Below are positions 1-9,415 of a DNA stretch of 46,225 nucleotides, piece by piece (the first letter of the stretch is position 1; every line of letters starts with the position of its first letter). Position numbers and translations under genes: made by a program. Source of the stretch: a virus (Duplodnaviria > Caudoviricetes); IMG/VR virus record IMGVR_UViG_3300017774_002865, positions 1 to 46,225 of that record. The stretch is one strand, 5' to 3'. The notes under the pieces are model-generated. The model saw only the letters and a list, made by a program, of their open reading frames with translations. It was not told the origin of the DNA and did not search any database.

Positions 1-3000
1 ATCACAGCACCAGCAGGCGACTTGATAGGTAATACACTTAATGCAAATGTGATTACAAGTAGTTTGACCACTGTTGGTACATTGGGTAACTTGACAGTAA
101 CAGGTAACGCTACAGGCGGTAACTTGTTGACAGGTGGACTAATCAGTGCAACTGGAAACATCACTGGCGGCAACATCACCACAGTTGGCGTTGCTAATGT
201 TGGAACGTTAGAAGCGACTGGCATGACAATTTCCGGCAATATCACAGGCGGTAACTTGTTGACAGGTGGCATTTTGAGTGCTGCTGGATCAATTACCACT
301 GTTGGTAATGTGGTTGGCGGCAATCTAAACACCGTGGGTGTGATGAGTGCTGGATCAATCAACGTAACTGCCAACATTGCTGGCGGCAATTTGACAACAG
401 GTGGTATTATCAGTGCCACAGGTGGTATCACTAGTGCAGCCAACGTGATTGGTGGCAATATTACCACAGTAGGATTGATCAGTGCAACAGGCAATGTCAC
501 AGGTGGCAACTTGATCACAACAGGTACATTTGAAGCAGCAAGTATCAGTTCAGCAGGTAACATTACTGGTGCCAACGTCAACACTGGTGGATTGAGCCTA
601 AGTGGTAACGTGCTGAGTGCTATCAACACCACAAGTGGAATCACCACAACTGCCAATATTGCAGCTGGTAATCTTAATGCAACAGCATTGAGTCTAAGTG
701 GTAATGTTTTAAGTAATTTGAATGTCACAACCAACATCACTGGTGCAAACGTAACTGGTGTAGCCAACGTAACTGGTGCCAACGTCAATGCAACAACACA
801 AGGTAAGTTTGGTAACATTGTAATCAGTGGCGACAATGTCACAGGCACAAATGGTATTGTCACTGTTAACGGTGCAGGTGCTGATGTTGACTTTGCAATC
901 AGTAGCGATAATGTAGCTAATTTAGTGTATGTTGATGCTGGCACAGGAACAGTGAGTTTTGGTAGTGCAACACAAACAACAGATGCATTGGTGGCATTTA
1001 ATACTACCAACTCTATCCTGGTGCCTGTTGGTAACACTGTACAACGTCCGGCAGCAGGTGTTGCAGGTATGGTGCGTTTCAATTCCACAACACTACAGGT
1101 GGAAGCATATAACGGGACTGCTTGGCAATCACTGGGTTCTGCTTTCACTGTGATCACTACAGAACAGTTTGCTGGTGATGGTACAACAACTACATTCACA
1201 TTGAGCAGTGCAAACTACACTACAGATTCTGTACTTGTTACACTAAACGGTGTGGTTCAGATTCCAACTACTGCTTACACAGTAAGCGGTGCAAGTTTGA
1301 TCTTTACAGAAGCTCCTGCAAACGGTGATACAATTTCTGTACGTGAGTTACAAACTACCAGTTCAGTAACTGCAATATCTAACTCCAGCGGTAATGCCAA
1401 GGTAGAAACAGCAGGCAATGCCAACAAGGTCAACATAACAGGTAACTTGTTGCCAATTGCTAATGCTACACAGAGTCTGGGCAGTTCAACCAATCAATGG
1501 AAAGACATTTATGTGGCTGGAAACACCATTTATCTGGGACCATTGCGTTTGGAAGCACTGAATGCCAACACATTTGTTGTTTACAAGTCAGACGGTGTGA
1601 CACAGGCCAATATTGACGTGGGATCAGTAGATGTAGATGCTATTGTATCAGGCACTTCTACAGTTGGTATCAGCGGTGCAAACGGCAATACCTTCATGAC
1701 AGTTGGCGGCACAGCCAATGTGTTGGTAGCAAGCACTACAGGTGTTGCAGTTACAGGCACAATGAGTGCAACTGGTAACATCACTGGTAGCTACATTTTA
1801 GGTAATGGTAGCCAACTAACCGGTATTGATGCAACCAGCATTCAGAACGGAACATCAAATGTTAAAGTTGTAAGCTCAGGCGGTAATGTAACTGTTGGTA
1901 TTGCTAATACTAGTAATGTAGTTGTTGTTTCAACAACTGGTGTTGCAGTTACAGGCACAATGAGTGCAACTGGCAACACTACTGGTGGTAACTTGTTAAC
2001 TGGCGGTCTAATCAGCGCAACTGGTGCAATTACTGGTGCTACTATTACCGGTTCAACATTGAGCTCAACTGGTAACGTCAACACAGTTGGTGTTGCGGCT
2101 ACAGGTAATATTAGCACTACAGGTAACATCAGTGGTGGTAACTTGATTGCAACCACTATCTTCAGTAACTATCAAGGTACTACAGCCAGCTTGACAGGTA
2201 ACATTGACGGTGGCAACTTGCGCACAGCTGGACAAGTCAGCGCAACTGGTAATGTAACTGGTGGTAACATCAACGTTGGTAACATCACAATTGCAACCAA
2301 TTTAATCAGCAGTTTAGATTCTACAATTACAATTGACCCTGCCACAATTGGAAACGCAGGATTGGTTGTTATCAACGGTAACTTGCAAGTTAACGGTACA
2401 ACAACTACCATTAACTCCAACGTTGTCAGCACAAATGACTTGACAGTTAACTATGCCAACAATGCAATCAACAGTGGCGCAGCCAATGGTGGTGGTATTG
2501 AAGTTGGCCCAATTGGCTCACCATTCATCACCTGGTTGTACAACAGCTCAGCCAACGTGTTTACATCAAGTGCTGGTATTAGTGCAGTAGGTGGTGTAAC
2601 GGCAGCATCAGTTGCAGGCGGTGTGATTACTGGATCAAGTGTTAGCGTAACAGGTGCAGTAACAGGAGCGTCAGTGGTTGGTGGCGTAATGACTGGCTCA
2701 AGTGTTAGCGTAACTGGTAACGTTAGTGGTGGCAACTTGATTGCAACTACGTTTATTGGTAACTATTCAGGTACCACAGCCAGCATCACTGGCAACATTG
2801 ATGGCGGCAACTTGCGCACAGCTGGATTGGTATCAGCAACTGGTTCAATCACTGGTGCTGCCATAACAGGCACTAGCCTGACAGTGACCACTGGTAATAT
2901 CACTGGAGGCAATATTGTTAACGGCAACGGCAACGGCATTGGCAACATTGGTAGTTCTACAGTCTTTTTCAACACTGTGTTTGCCAAAGCCACCTCAGCA

Positions 3001-3378
3001 CAATACGCTGACTTGGCAGAAAAGTACGAATCAGACGCAGAGTACGCACCAGGAACAGTGCTGGAGTTTGGTGGGGACAAAGAAGTCACATTGTCAGTTG
3101 AAGCAGGTTCAACTCGTGTGGCAGGTGTTGTGTCTACAAATCCAAGTTACATCATGAATGCTGGACTGACTGCAGAACACGTGGCCATGGTAGCATTGCA
3201 AGGTCGTGTGCCATGTCGAGTGGTTGGAACAGTACGCAAAGGCGACATGATGGTAGCAGCCGGCAACGGTGCAGCCCGAGTTGACAACTCAGCTCGTGCA
3301 GGTAGTATTATTGGTAAGGCCCTGGAGAACTTTGACGGTGCAGAAGGCACAATTGAAGTGGTAATTGGCCGCAACTAA
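1..3378 (+). CDS. Long fibre/adhesin-like virion protein (5'-truncated): Gly/Asn/Thr/Val-rich repeats, C-terminal intramolecular-chaperone/peptidase G2-like domain
   Basis: Frame is open from base 1, so the true start lies upstream. Many GNITGGNL-type repeats. C-terminus reads AKATSAQYADLAEKY...VAGVVSTNPSYIMN...VALQGRVPCRV...IIGKALE, typical of phage fibre C-terminal chaperone domains. Confidence 0.75.
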   Translation: MTAPAGDLIGNTLNANVITSSLTTVGTLGNLTVTGNATGGNLLTGGLISATGNITGGNITTVGVANVGTLEATGMTISGNITGGNLLTGGILSAAGSITTVGNVVGGNLNTVGVMSAGSINVTANIAGGNLTTGGIISATGGITSAANVIGGNITTVGLISATGNVTGGNLITTGTFEAASISSAGNITGANVNTGGLSLSGNVLSAINTTSGITTTANIAAGNLNATALSLSGNVLSNLNVTTNITGANVTGVANVTGANVNATTQGKFGNIVISGDNVTGTNGIVTVNGAGADVDFAISSDNVANLVYVDAGTGTVSFGSATQTTDALVAFNTTNSILVPVGNTVQRPAAGVAGMVRFNSTTLQVEAYNGTAWQSLGSAFTVITTEQFAGDGTTTTFTLSSANYTTDSVLVTLNGVVQIPTTAYTVSGASLIFTEAPANGDTISVRELQTTSSVTAISNSSGNAKVETAGNANKVNITGNLLPIANATQSLGSSTNQWKDIYVAGNTIYLGPLRLEALNANTFVVYKSDGVTQANIDVGSVDVDAIVSGTSTVGISGANGNTFMTVGGTANVLVASTTGVAVTGTMSATGNITGSYILGNGSQLTGIDATSIQNGTSNVKVVSSGGNVTVGIANTSNVVVVSTTGVAVTGTMSATGNTTGGNLLTGGLISATGAITGATITGSTLSSTGNVNTVGVAATGNISTTGNISGGNLIATTIFSNYQGTTASLTGNIDGGNLRTAGQVSATGNVTGGNINVGNITIATNLISSLDSTITIDPATIGNAGLVVINGNLQVNGTTTTINSNVVSTNDLTVNYANNAINSGAANGGGIEVGPIGSPFITWLYNSSANVFTSSAGISAVGGVTAASVAGGVITGSSVSVTGAVTGASVVGGVMTGSSVSVTGNVSGGNLIATTFIGNYSGTTASITGNIDGGNLRTAGLVSATGSITGAAITGTSLTVTTGNITGGNIVNGNGNGIGNIGSSTVFFNTVFAKATSAQYADLAEKYESDAEYAPGTVLEFGGDKEVTLSVEAGSTRVAGVVSTNPSYIMNAGLTAEHVAMVALQGRVPCRVVGTVRKGDMMVAAGNGAARVDNSARAGSIIGKALENFDGAEGTIEVVIGRN

Positions 3379-3395
3379 GCAGTCAATAATGTAAC

Positions 3396-3427
3396 AAAAA
3401 GTAGGACTCCTGGAGTCCTATTTTTTT
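3396..3427 (+). terminator. Intrinsic terminator, possibly bidirectional
   Basis: TAGGACTCC (3402-3410) and GGAGTCCTA (3412-3420) form an inverted repeat, followed by T7 and preceded by A5, just after the stop codon. Confidence 0.85.
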
Positions 3428-3430
3428 GGC

Positions 3431-3436
3431 TAAATA
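3431..3436 (+). promoter_or_regulatory. T4-like late promoter (TAAATA)
   Basis: GCTAAATA lies directly after the terminator and before the second fibre gene. The same motif recurs before most structural genes in the window. Confidence 0.65.
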
Positions 3437-3459
3437 CTACAATAAATTTGGATTGATTG

Positions 3460-5796
3460 ATGGGTTTAACTAGAATACGTGCTGAACAAATATCTGACAT
3501 AGACTTTAAACAGGCTGTGCGTGTGGTAACGACTGCAGATGTTACATTGTCTGGCAGTGCCCCAAACGTAGTTGACGGGGCAACATTAATTGCCAACGAT
3601 CGTGTGTTGGTAGCAGGTCAAACAACTGGCAGCGAAAATGGTATCTATGTTGTAACAACTCCGGGTACAGGATCAAACGGAACGTGGACTCGATCAACTG
3701 ATGCCAATGCCACTGGCGAAATTGAAGCCGGCATGATCTTAATGGTCACAGATGGTACCATATATGCTGACACACAGTGGGTGCTGGCCACAAATAATCC
3801 TATTGTGGTTGGAACCACCGCTCTCACATTCCAACAAAATATCACAAATACTGGTAATGTGTCTTCGGGCAGCTCAGGCATACGAGTGTTGGCCAACAGC
3901 AATGTATTAGTATCTGTATCAGGCACTGCCAACATTGCCACATTTGCTGTGGATGGATTATACATCACAGGAAACATAACCACAGGTAATCTTGCAGTTG
4001 GCAACGATGTGGTGATCACAGGCAATCTAACTGTGAATGGTACCACCACTACCATTAACTCTAATACAATTACTACCAACGACAAATCAATCACACTGGC
4101 AAATAATCAATCTACTAGTGCCAATGTTGACGGTGCTGGTATTGATGTGGGAAATCCAGCAATTGCCACCTGGAGATATAGCAATGCCACAGCAAGTTGG
4201 CAAAGTAATGTTGCCGTAATGCCCACAGCCAATGGCACACTGGCATTAGGCGGCGCTGCCAATTACTGGTCCACTGTGTTTGCAAACACAGCATCTTTGG
4301 CCGGCAATGTTACCAGTACTGGTGCTGTAATTTCAACCATCAATGCCACCACAATCAGTGCCGCAGGTAACATCACCGGAAATTACATTTTAGGTAACGG
4401 TGCTTTGCTTACATCAATTACTGGTACCAATGTCACAGGCACAGTTGCCAATGCAACATTTGCTACGTCAGCTGGTAGTGCAGGCACAGTAACAACCGCC
4501 GCTCAACCAAACATTACTAGTGTTGGTATTTTATCCAGTGTTAGTATAACTGGAAATGTCAACGCATCTCAATTTGTTGGCAATGGCGCCCCGTTAACAA
4601 CTATCACTGGAGCAAATGTATCAGGCACGGTAGCCAATGCCACTTTTGCCACAAGTGCAGGCACTGCAACCACAGCAGGTACAGTGACCACAGCCGCACA
4701 AGGCAATATTACTAGTGTTGGCACGTTGACTTCACTAGCAGTAACAGGTAATACCACAAGCGGTAACTTGCTAACAGGTGGACAAATTAGTGCAGCTGGT
4801 AACATCACAGGTGTAAATTTGTTTGGCACTATACAAACTGGCAGTCAACTAAACATCACTCAAGTGGGAATGTTAAGTAGTCTGGTAGTCACCGGTAATG
4901 TTTCTGGAGGAAACATAAGCACCGCTGGACTAATTTCGTCAACAGGTACTGTCACAGGTGGTAACTTAACTACAAACGGCAGTGTAGGTATTGGGACTAG
5001 CTCACCAAGTGTTAAATTTCAAACGGTTCAAACTATTGCTGATTGGACAGGAGATTTTAAAAATTACACAGCAGGGGCTTATGGATTAAGAGTAGATTTA
5101 TCAGGTTCGTCTGGCAGTCAAGCTGCTTTACAGGTGTACACTGCGATTGATAATGGAATGATAGTTAGAAACGATGGTCTCGTTGGTATTGGTACTTTTT
5201 CCCTTGCTCCATCAACACGATTAACGGTTGCAGGTGCAATTTCCGCTACTGGTGCTGTAACAGGTGCTGCCTTAACTGGTACAAGTTTAACGGTATCAAC
5301 TGGTAATATCACCGGAGGCAATATTGTTAACGGCAACGGCAACGGCATTGGCAACATTGGATCAAGCACAACATATTTTAACACAGTATTTGCCAAAGCC
5401 ACCTCAGCACAGTATGCTGACTTGGCAGAGATGTATGTTGCTGACGCAGATTACCCTCCGGGCACCGTGGTAGATTTTGGCGGAGTTGAAGAAATTACAC
5501 AAACAGTAGCACCTGGTAGTACAGCAATAGCTGGTGTTATATCAACCAACCCCAGCTATATCATGAACTCAGGACAACAAGGAAAACATGTGCTACCAGT
5601 TGCGTTAACTGGTCGAGTTCCGTGCCGTGTTCAAGGCCCTGTAAGCAAAGGCGATGTGCTAGTATCTAGCACTCGACCAGGTGTGGCTCAGCGTATAGGT
5701 ACACAATATCAACCAGGATGTGTGATTGGCAAGAGTCTAGGATACATTGACGATGCTAGTATTCAGACTATTGAAGTTGTTGTGGGAAGATTCTAA
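3460..5796 (+). CDS. Second fibre-like virion protein, paralogue of the upstream gene
   Basis: N-terminal domain has DFKQAVRV...DRVLVAGQTTGSENGIYVV...WTRSTDA. GNIT repeats, VGIGTSSP beta-repeats and the same AQYADLAE C-terminal domain follow. Confidence 0.75.
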   Translation: MGLTRIRAEQISDIDFKQAVRVVTTADVTLSGSAPNVVDGATLIANDRVLVAGQTTGSENGIYVVTTPGTGSNGTWTRSTDANATGEIEAGMILMVTDGTIYADTQWVLATNNPIVVGTTALTFQQNITNTGNVSSGSSGIRVLANSNVLVSVSGTANIATFAVDGLYITGNITTGNLAVGNDVVITGNLTVNGTTTTINSNTITTNDKSITLANNQSTSANVDGAGIDVGNPAIATWRYSNATASWQSNVAVMPTANGTLALGGAANYWSTVFANTASLAGNVTSTGAVISTINATTISAAGNITGNYILGNGALLTSITGTNVTGTVANATFATSAGSAGTVTTAAQPNITSVGILSSVSITGNVNASQFVGNGAPLTTITGANVSGTVANATFATSAGTATTAGTVTTAAQGNITSVGTLTSLAVTGNTTSGNLLTGGQISAAGNITGVNLFGTIQTGSQLNITQVGMLSSLVVTGNVSGGNISTAGLISSTGTVTGGNLTTNGSVGIGTSSPSVKFQTVQTIADWTGDFKNYTAGAYGLRVDLSGSSGSQAALQVYTAIDNGMIVRNDGLVGIGTFSLAPSTRLTVAGAISATGAVTGAALTGTSLTVSTGNITGGNIVNGNGNGIGNIGSSTTYFNTVFAKATSAQYADLAEMYVADADYPPGTVVDFGGVEEITQTVAPGSTAIAGVISTNPSYIMNSGQQGKHVLPVALTGRVPCRVQGPVSKGDVLVSSTRPGVAQRIGTQYQPGCVIGKSLGYIDDASIQTIEVVVGRF

Positions 5797-6215
5797 TTTT
5801 TCTGGAAAGCATTTTCAATGGACGCAAGTTTGGTCTGAATACTTTCCAAGTTCACAGTTGACCACAAGCCAGGATGCATGGGGCGAGGCCAAGTGCCTTG
5901 ATCAATCCAGGCATAGCCAAGATGCTCGTTGTTTAGCACAGGCACAAACTCTTGATCAACAACACAAACCCAGGTGTGATATTCAAATATGCCATCTGCT
6001 GATGTGAACTTTTCTAGTGGCATGAGTCTGGTGTAGGCAGGAAAACTTCCAAGCTCCTCCACACACTCACGCTCCATACCACCCAGCAGGGTTTCGCCAG
6101 TTTCAATTTTGCCACCAGGCAATCCCCATGATCCAGGATGTTTAGAGTCGTTGCGCAACAAGTACAGGTATCTGCCAGTGGCCTGGCTTAGAAACCACAC
6201 ACCCACTGCTTTCAC
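5793..6215 (-). CDS. Nudix hydrolase
   Basis: Nudix box WGLPGGKIETGETLLGGMERECVEELG and NEH..YAW. Likely GTG start at 6215 overlaps the upstream stop (GTGA); the ORF track extends it to 6284. Confidence 0.85.
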   Translation of the reverse strand: MKAVGVWFLSQATGRYLYLLRNDSKHPGSWGLPGGKIETGETLLGGMERECVEELGSFPAYTRLMPLEKFTSADGIFEYHTWVCVVDQEFVPVLNNEHLGYAWIDQGTWPRPMHPGLWSTVNLESIQTKLASIENAFQKN

Positions 6216-7627
6216 AGTACTAGACTCCACGTGCCTCCAGGATAGATACCTTGATATGATTTGATCCACATTTCGCCAGTCCACTCGTACTGGGTGCCTG
6301 TGGTGATGTTTGTGACATACTGTACAGCAGTGGCATCAGCAGACACAAACACAATGCGCCAGCGTGTGCCATTCCACTCAATAATGTCATTGGCTATAGC
6401 AACCAAGGGTTGACCAAGATCTCCAATCCATGCTTCAGGGTTCACAGAGTTTGTGACGTTGCCTGTTGGTTCTGTTAACAAATAACGTTGTCCTACCGCT
6501 GGTACAGGCAAGCCGTCTCCAGGCGCACTGGCCAACGGATTGATAATTGCTGTGATAGGATCAAGTGTGTTTTGTGGAGCAGTATCCTGGTCCACATCAA
6601 ACAACACCAGCCGGTCATCGTTGGGGTCAATCACAATGGTACCAATGATGGGATTGGCAGTGTCTTCTGTGTTGGGAGGATTGTTCAGTCGTATTTGACT
6701 AATACCTGGACGCAGTGTGCCATATGCATTGATAACTGCTGGCCACAACAACGGAGAGTCTGCCACAATAGCAGTGGGATCTAGATCTTCGTAGCTGCCA
6801 TTGGGCACTACCACGGGATTGTACAACACTTGAATCTTGTTTTCAATCACCACCAGCTTGTACATCCATGGTGTGATCATCACTCGTGTGCCTAACAACA
6901 GGTCGTTGTTGATGATAGCATCCACAAAGTCGCCTTGGGCATCATACATGCTTGCAATCACACGCTCAATAACACCCAGCTTCTTGACCTTGGCCGGAGG
7001 ACTGATCCAGATTGGCAAGTTAAACTTCAGCGTGGCAATGTCAATGGGATTTTCTGTGCTCATGGGAATGGTTCTCGAAGTCCATTGTGTTGATTCCAAT
7101 TCAACAACACTGAGTGATGTCCAATCCAAGAAGTTGTCTGTGCTTTGTATTTCCAAACTGGGATTGAACAAGGTTAAAATTTGTTCCAACAACTGCATCT
7201 TTTGATTGGTATTTGATGTCCAAATGTCCAGAGTAATTGTTAGCTTGTATGGCACAGGCATCAGTCTTTCAACTGTGAATGCATTACCTTGTGTGGTTTC
7301 ATAACTCTCAGTAGCTGTATCATAGGTGCGTTGACGAACCACAGTGCGTTGCACATGATATGGTTCTTGCATTCTAGGACGATCATAATCCAGTCCAGTG
7401 ATATAAAAAGTCATCATGGGTGTTGATGGCAAGGAGTTGGCAGAGTTATCTTGTATGATAGTTTGTGCTTGACGGCTTGCATCGCCGTATCGAATGGGCA
7501 CACGCAGTAGTGCAGCCACATTGGGGTTGTCTGATTCTCGACCGTACTCTACCTGGAATCCAGAAAAGATTCTGGTAAACTGTAGCAGAAAGCGACGTAT
7601 TTGTGCGTCGTAAAAAAATTGTTGCAT
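6212..7627 (-). CDS. T4 gp15-like tail completion/sheath terminator protein with C-terminal extension
   Basis: FFYDAQIRRFLLQFTRIFS, VPIRYG and PVPYKLTITLDIWT...QLLEQILTLFNP match the gp15 family pattern. It lies next to a neck gene. Confidence 0.7.
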   Translation of the reverse strand: MQQFFYDAQIRRFLLQFTRIFSGFQVEYGRESDNPNVAALLRVPIRYGDASRQAQTIIQDNSANSLPSTPMMTFYITGLDYDRPRMQEPYHVQRTVVRQRTYDTATESYETTQGNAFTVERLMPVPYKLTITLDIWTSNTNQKMQLLEQILTLFNPSLEIQSTDNFLDWTSLSVVELESTQWTSRTIPMSTENPIDIATLKFNLPIWISPPAKVKKLGVIERVIASMYDAQGDFVDAIINNDLLLGTRVMITPWMYKLVVIENKIQVLYNPVVVPNGSYEDLDPTAIVADSPLLWPAVINAYGTLRPGISQIRLNNPPNTEDTANPIIGTIVIDPNDDRLVLFDVDQDTAPQNTLDPITAIINPLASAPGDGLPVPAVGQRYLLTEPTGNVTNSVNPEAWIGDLGQPLVAIANDIIEWNGTRWRIVFVSADATAVQYVTNITTGTQYEWTGEMWIKSYQGIYPGGTWSLVL

Positions 7628-7629
7628 TG

Positions 7630-9003
7630 TTAACTCGATTTCTGTCCTGGTCGTGTGTCAGGTGCTGGCTTAGGCGCTAACCCGCCACTCTGATCACCAT
7701 TGTCTGCACGTGGTCGAAGCAAGTCGCTCAAACTCTGACGACTCGGAACGTTACCAAGATCTGTTGTTGGCACAGTGTATGTATTGTTAACAAAGCTAGA
7801 GCGTAAAGTATTGTTGTTGGCTCCATTGTTGAGATCTGTTCTCACATTTTCGGCAATTTTGTACCAGCGTGTGCCTGAATACCGGAACATGCGATTTGGA
7901 AAGTAATCCAGTCTCAATGCGTAGTCTCCGGCCACAGCATCTAGTGGGAAGCTGACACCGGCTGTGACAGGCAAGCCATTTGGTGCGTGTGCGTCGCCAG
8001 TCAAGTAACCCGAAGTCCATCCAAAGCCATCTGGGGTAACATTCATACCGCCTTGTGTGCCATCCACTGTGTCGCCATCCACTGTGCTCAATGATGTGGG
8101 ATTGGCCGGCTGTCCGTCCAATAGTGTGGGCACAACATACAAGGGTTTGTTGTCATAGCCAGATTTTGGCACTTCCACATCGGCCTGTACAAGGATGGCA
8201 TCATTCAGTTGATAATCCTTTTCTCTTGTGCCTTGTTTGTCGCTGATGGTAGGCGGAGTGTACTCACGCCAGTAGTCAGTGTTGGAGATATCCGTACCTG
8301 CAGGTGTGTTGACTCGAGCCCGATAATACACGTCACCATAATTTACAATGGCACCAGCGGGATAAAAATCACCCGGATCCCAGATGTACTCAGCCACAAA
8401 TGGTTTGTCTGTAATTGAATTGTATTCTTGTGCGTCAGTCAACGGTGTAGCTTTCACACGCCACAAGTGCGGCAACCAGGTTTGACTGAAACCTTCACTT
8501 GCATAAGCCGCATCTTGAACCACATAATACTTGGGCAACGATCTGCTTAAATCCTTGTTTAAAGGATTGTAGTCACGCAGGTTTGGAACTTCAATCACAT
8601 CACCACTCATGAGTTTGCGCCCAAATGTGTCAATCATGTCGTTGTAGTGGAACGTGATAAACAAGGTATCATTGTTTAAAAACAATCCAAATTGACTCAA
8701 ATCAAAGTCAATGTCTTGTGCATTGTAAACACCACGCATGACATAGATATCGTCGTCATACACTCGATCTCTGTTTTCTAACAACAGCAAATCTTGTATG
8801 TTCATTGGGTTGAGCTCGTCATAAACAGGCTGGGTGGCGTCGGCGTTGCCCGAAAATGCCGAATCTTCTCCACCGGTGTCTGGACCAAGATATTTGTGGA
8901 TAAAGAGGTCTAATCCGCCAACAGTGTACATCTCACTGATTGTGCGGTCCAGAAATTGGTAATCTCTAGTGCGATTGGGACGGTATAGGCTTAAACGTGG
9001 CAT
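7630..9003 (-). CDS. T4 gp14-like neck (head closure) protein with a carbohydrate-binding-like insert
   Basis: LSQFGLFLNNDTLFITF and GDVIEVP resemble gp14. ATG at 9003 follows TATAAATA by 5 nt. It precedes the gp15-like gene. Confidence 0.6.
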   Translation of the reverse strand: MPRLSLYRPNRTRDYQFLDRTISEMYTVGGLDLFIHKYLGPDTGGEDSAFSGNADATQPVYDELNPMNIQDLLLLENRDRVYDDDIYVMRGVYNAQDIDFDLSQFGLFLNNDTLFITFHYNDMIDTFGRKLMSGDVIEVPNLRDYNPLNKDLSRSLPKYYVVQDAAYASEGFSQTWLPHLWRVKATPLTDAQEYNSITDKPFVAEYIWDPGDFYPAGAIVNYGDVYYRARVNTPAGTDISNTDYWREYTPPTISDKQGTREKDYQLNDAILVQADVEVPKSGYDNKPLYVVPTLLDGQPANPTSLSTVDGDTVDGTQGGMNVTPDGFGWTSGYLTGDAHAPNGLPVTAGVSFPLDAVAGDYALRLDYFPNRMFRYSGTRWYKIAENVRTDLNNGANNNTLRSSFVNNTYTVPTTDLGNVPSRQSLSDLLRPRADNGDQSGGLAPKPAPDTRPGQKSS

Positions 9004-9008
9004 AATGT

Positions 9009-9016
9009 TATTTATA
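9009..9016 (-). promoter_or_regulatory. Late promoter TATAAATA, leaderless arrangement
   Basis: Reverse strand reads TATAAATA-ACATT-ATG, an exact T4 late consensus. Confidence 0.75.
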
Positions 9017-9025
9017 GCATTTTGG

Positions 9026-9054
9026 TTGACTGAATATTCCCAAAATGCTATAAT
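9026..9054 (+). promoter_or_regulatory. Sigma70-type early promoter with extended -10
   Basis: TTGACT-17 nt-TATAAT with TG just upstream of the -10, followed by an AAGGAG Shine-Dalgarno. Confidence 0.85.
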
Positions 9055-9081
9055 TAGCACTTAACAACAAAAGGAGCCACC

Positions 9082-9339
9082 ATGCTTACAGATGCACAAA
9101 GCGCACAAATTAATAATACTGAAGTATACACTTTAGATTATGAGGCAGAAGCCATGCAAAGCTACAAGGACACAGGCGAGGACCTAATGGACGAGCTTGA
9201 GGTACGTGCTACTAATGTTATTTTGGAACAGACAAAGTGGGACGCTCGCGAGGACCTGGGCGGCATTACAGTTTACTTTCGAGATAGTACTTTAGTAGCA
9301 TTCTACGATTACGAGCAGTTTCGCGGCACTGTGTTCTAA
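9082..9339 (+). CDS. Small acidic hypothetical early protein (85 aa)
   Basis: ORF with its own sigma70 promoter and AAGGAG SD. No recognisable motif. Confidence 0.75.
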   Translation: MLTDAQSAQINNTEVYTLDYEAEAMQSYKDTGEDLMDELEVRATNVILEQTKWDAREDLGGITVYFRDSTLVAFYDYEQFRGTVF

Positions 9340-9360
9340 AAACAACACAGTTAGCAGAGA

Positions 9361-9389
9361 TTGACATCAAAAGCAATCTCTGCTATAAT
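9361..9389 (+). promoter_or_regulatory. Consensus sigma70 promoter overlapped by a 12-bp inverted repeat
   Basis: TTGACA-17 nt-TATAAT with extended TG. Confidence 0.9.
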
Positions 9390-9415
9390 TACAGTTATTG
9401 CTTTTTGGAGATCAT

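Noticed and set aside
1275-5402. Many antisense ORFs (MLPV/LPP-rich) opposite the fibre genes
   Set aside because: They are shadows of the repetitive GGT/AAC/ACT codon pattern and have no promoters or SDs.
2890-5429. AAC-rich near-identical repeat pair as a diversity-generating retroelement TR/VR
   Set aside because: Mismatches are not adenine-specific, both copies are in coding frame mid-gene, and no reverse transcriptase is present in the window.
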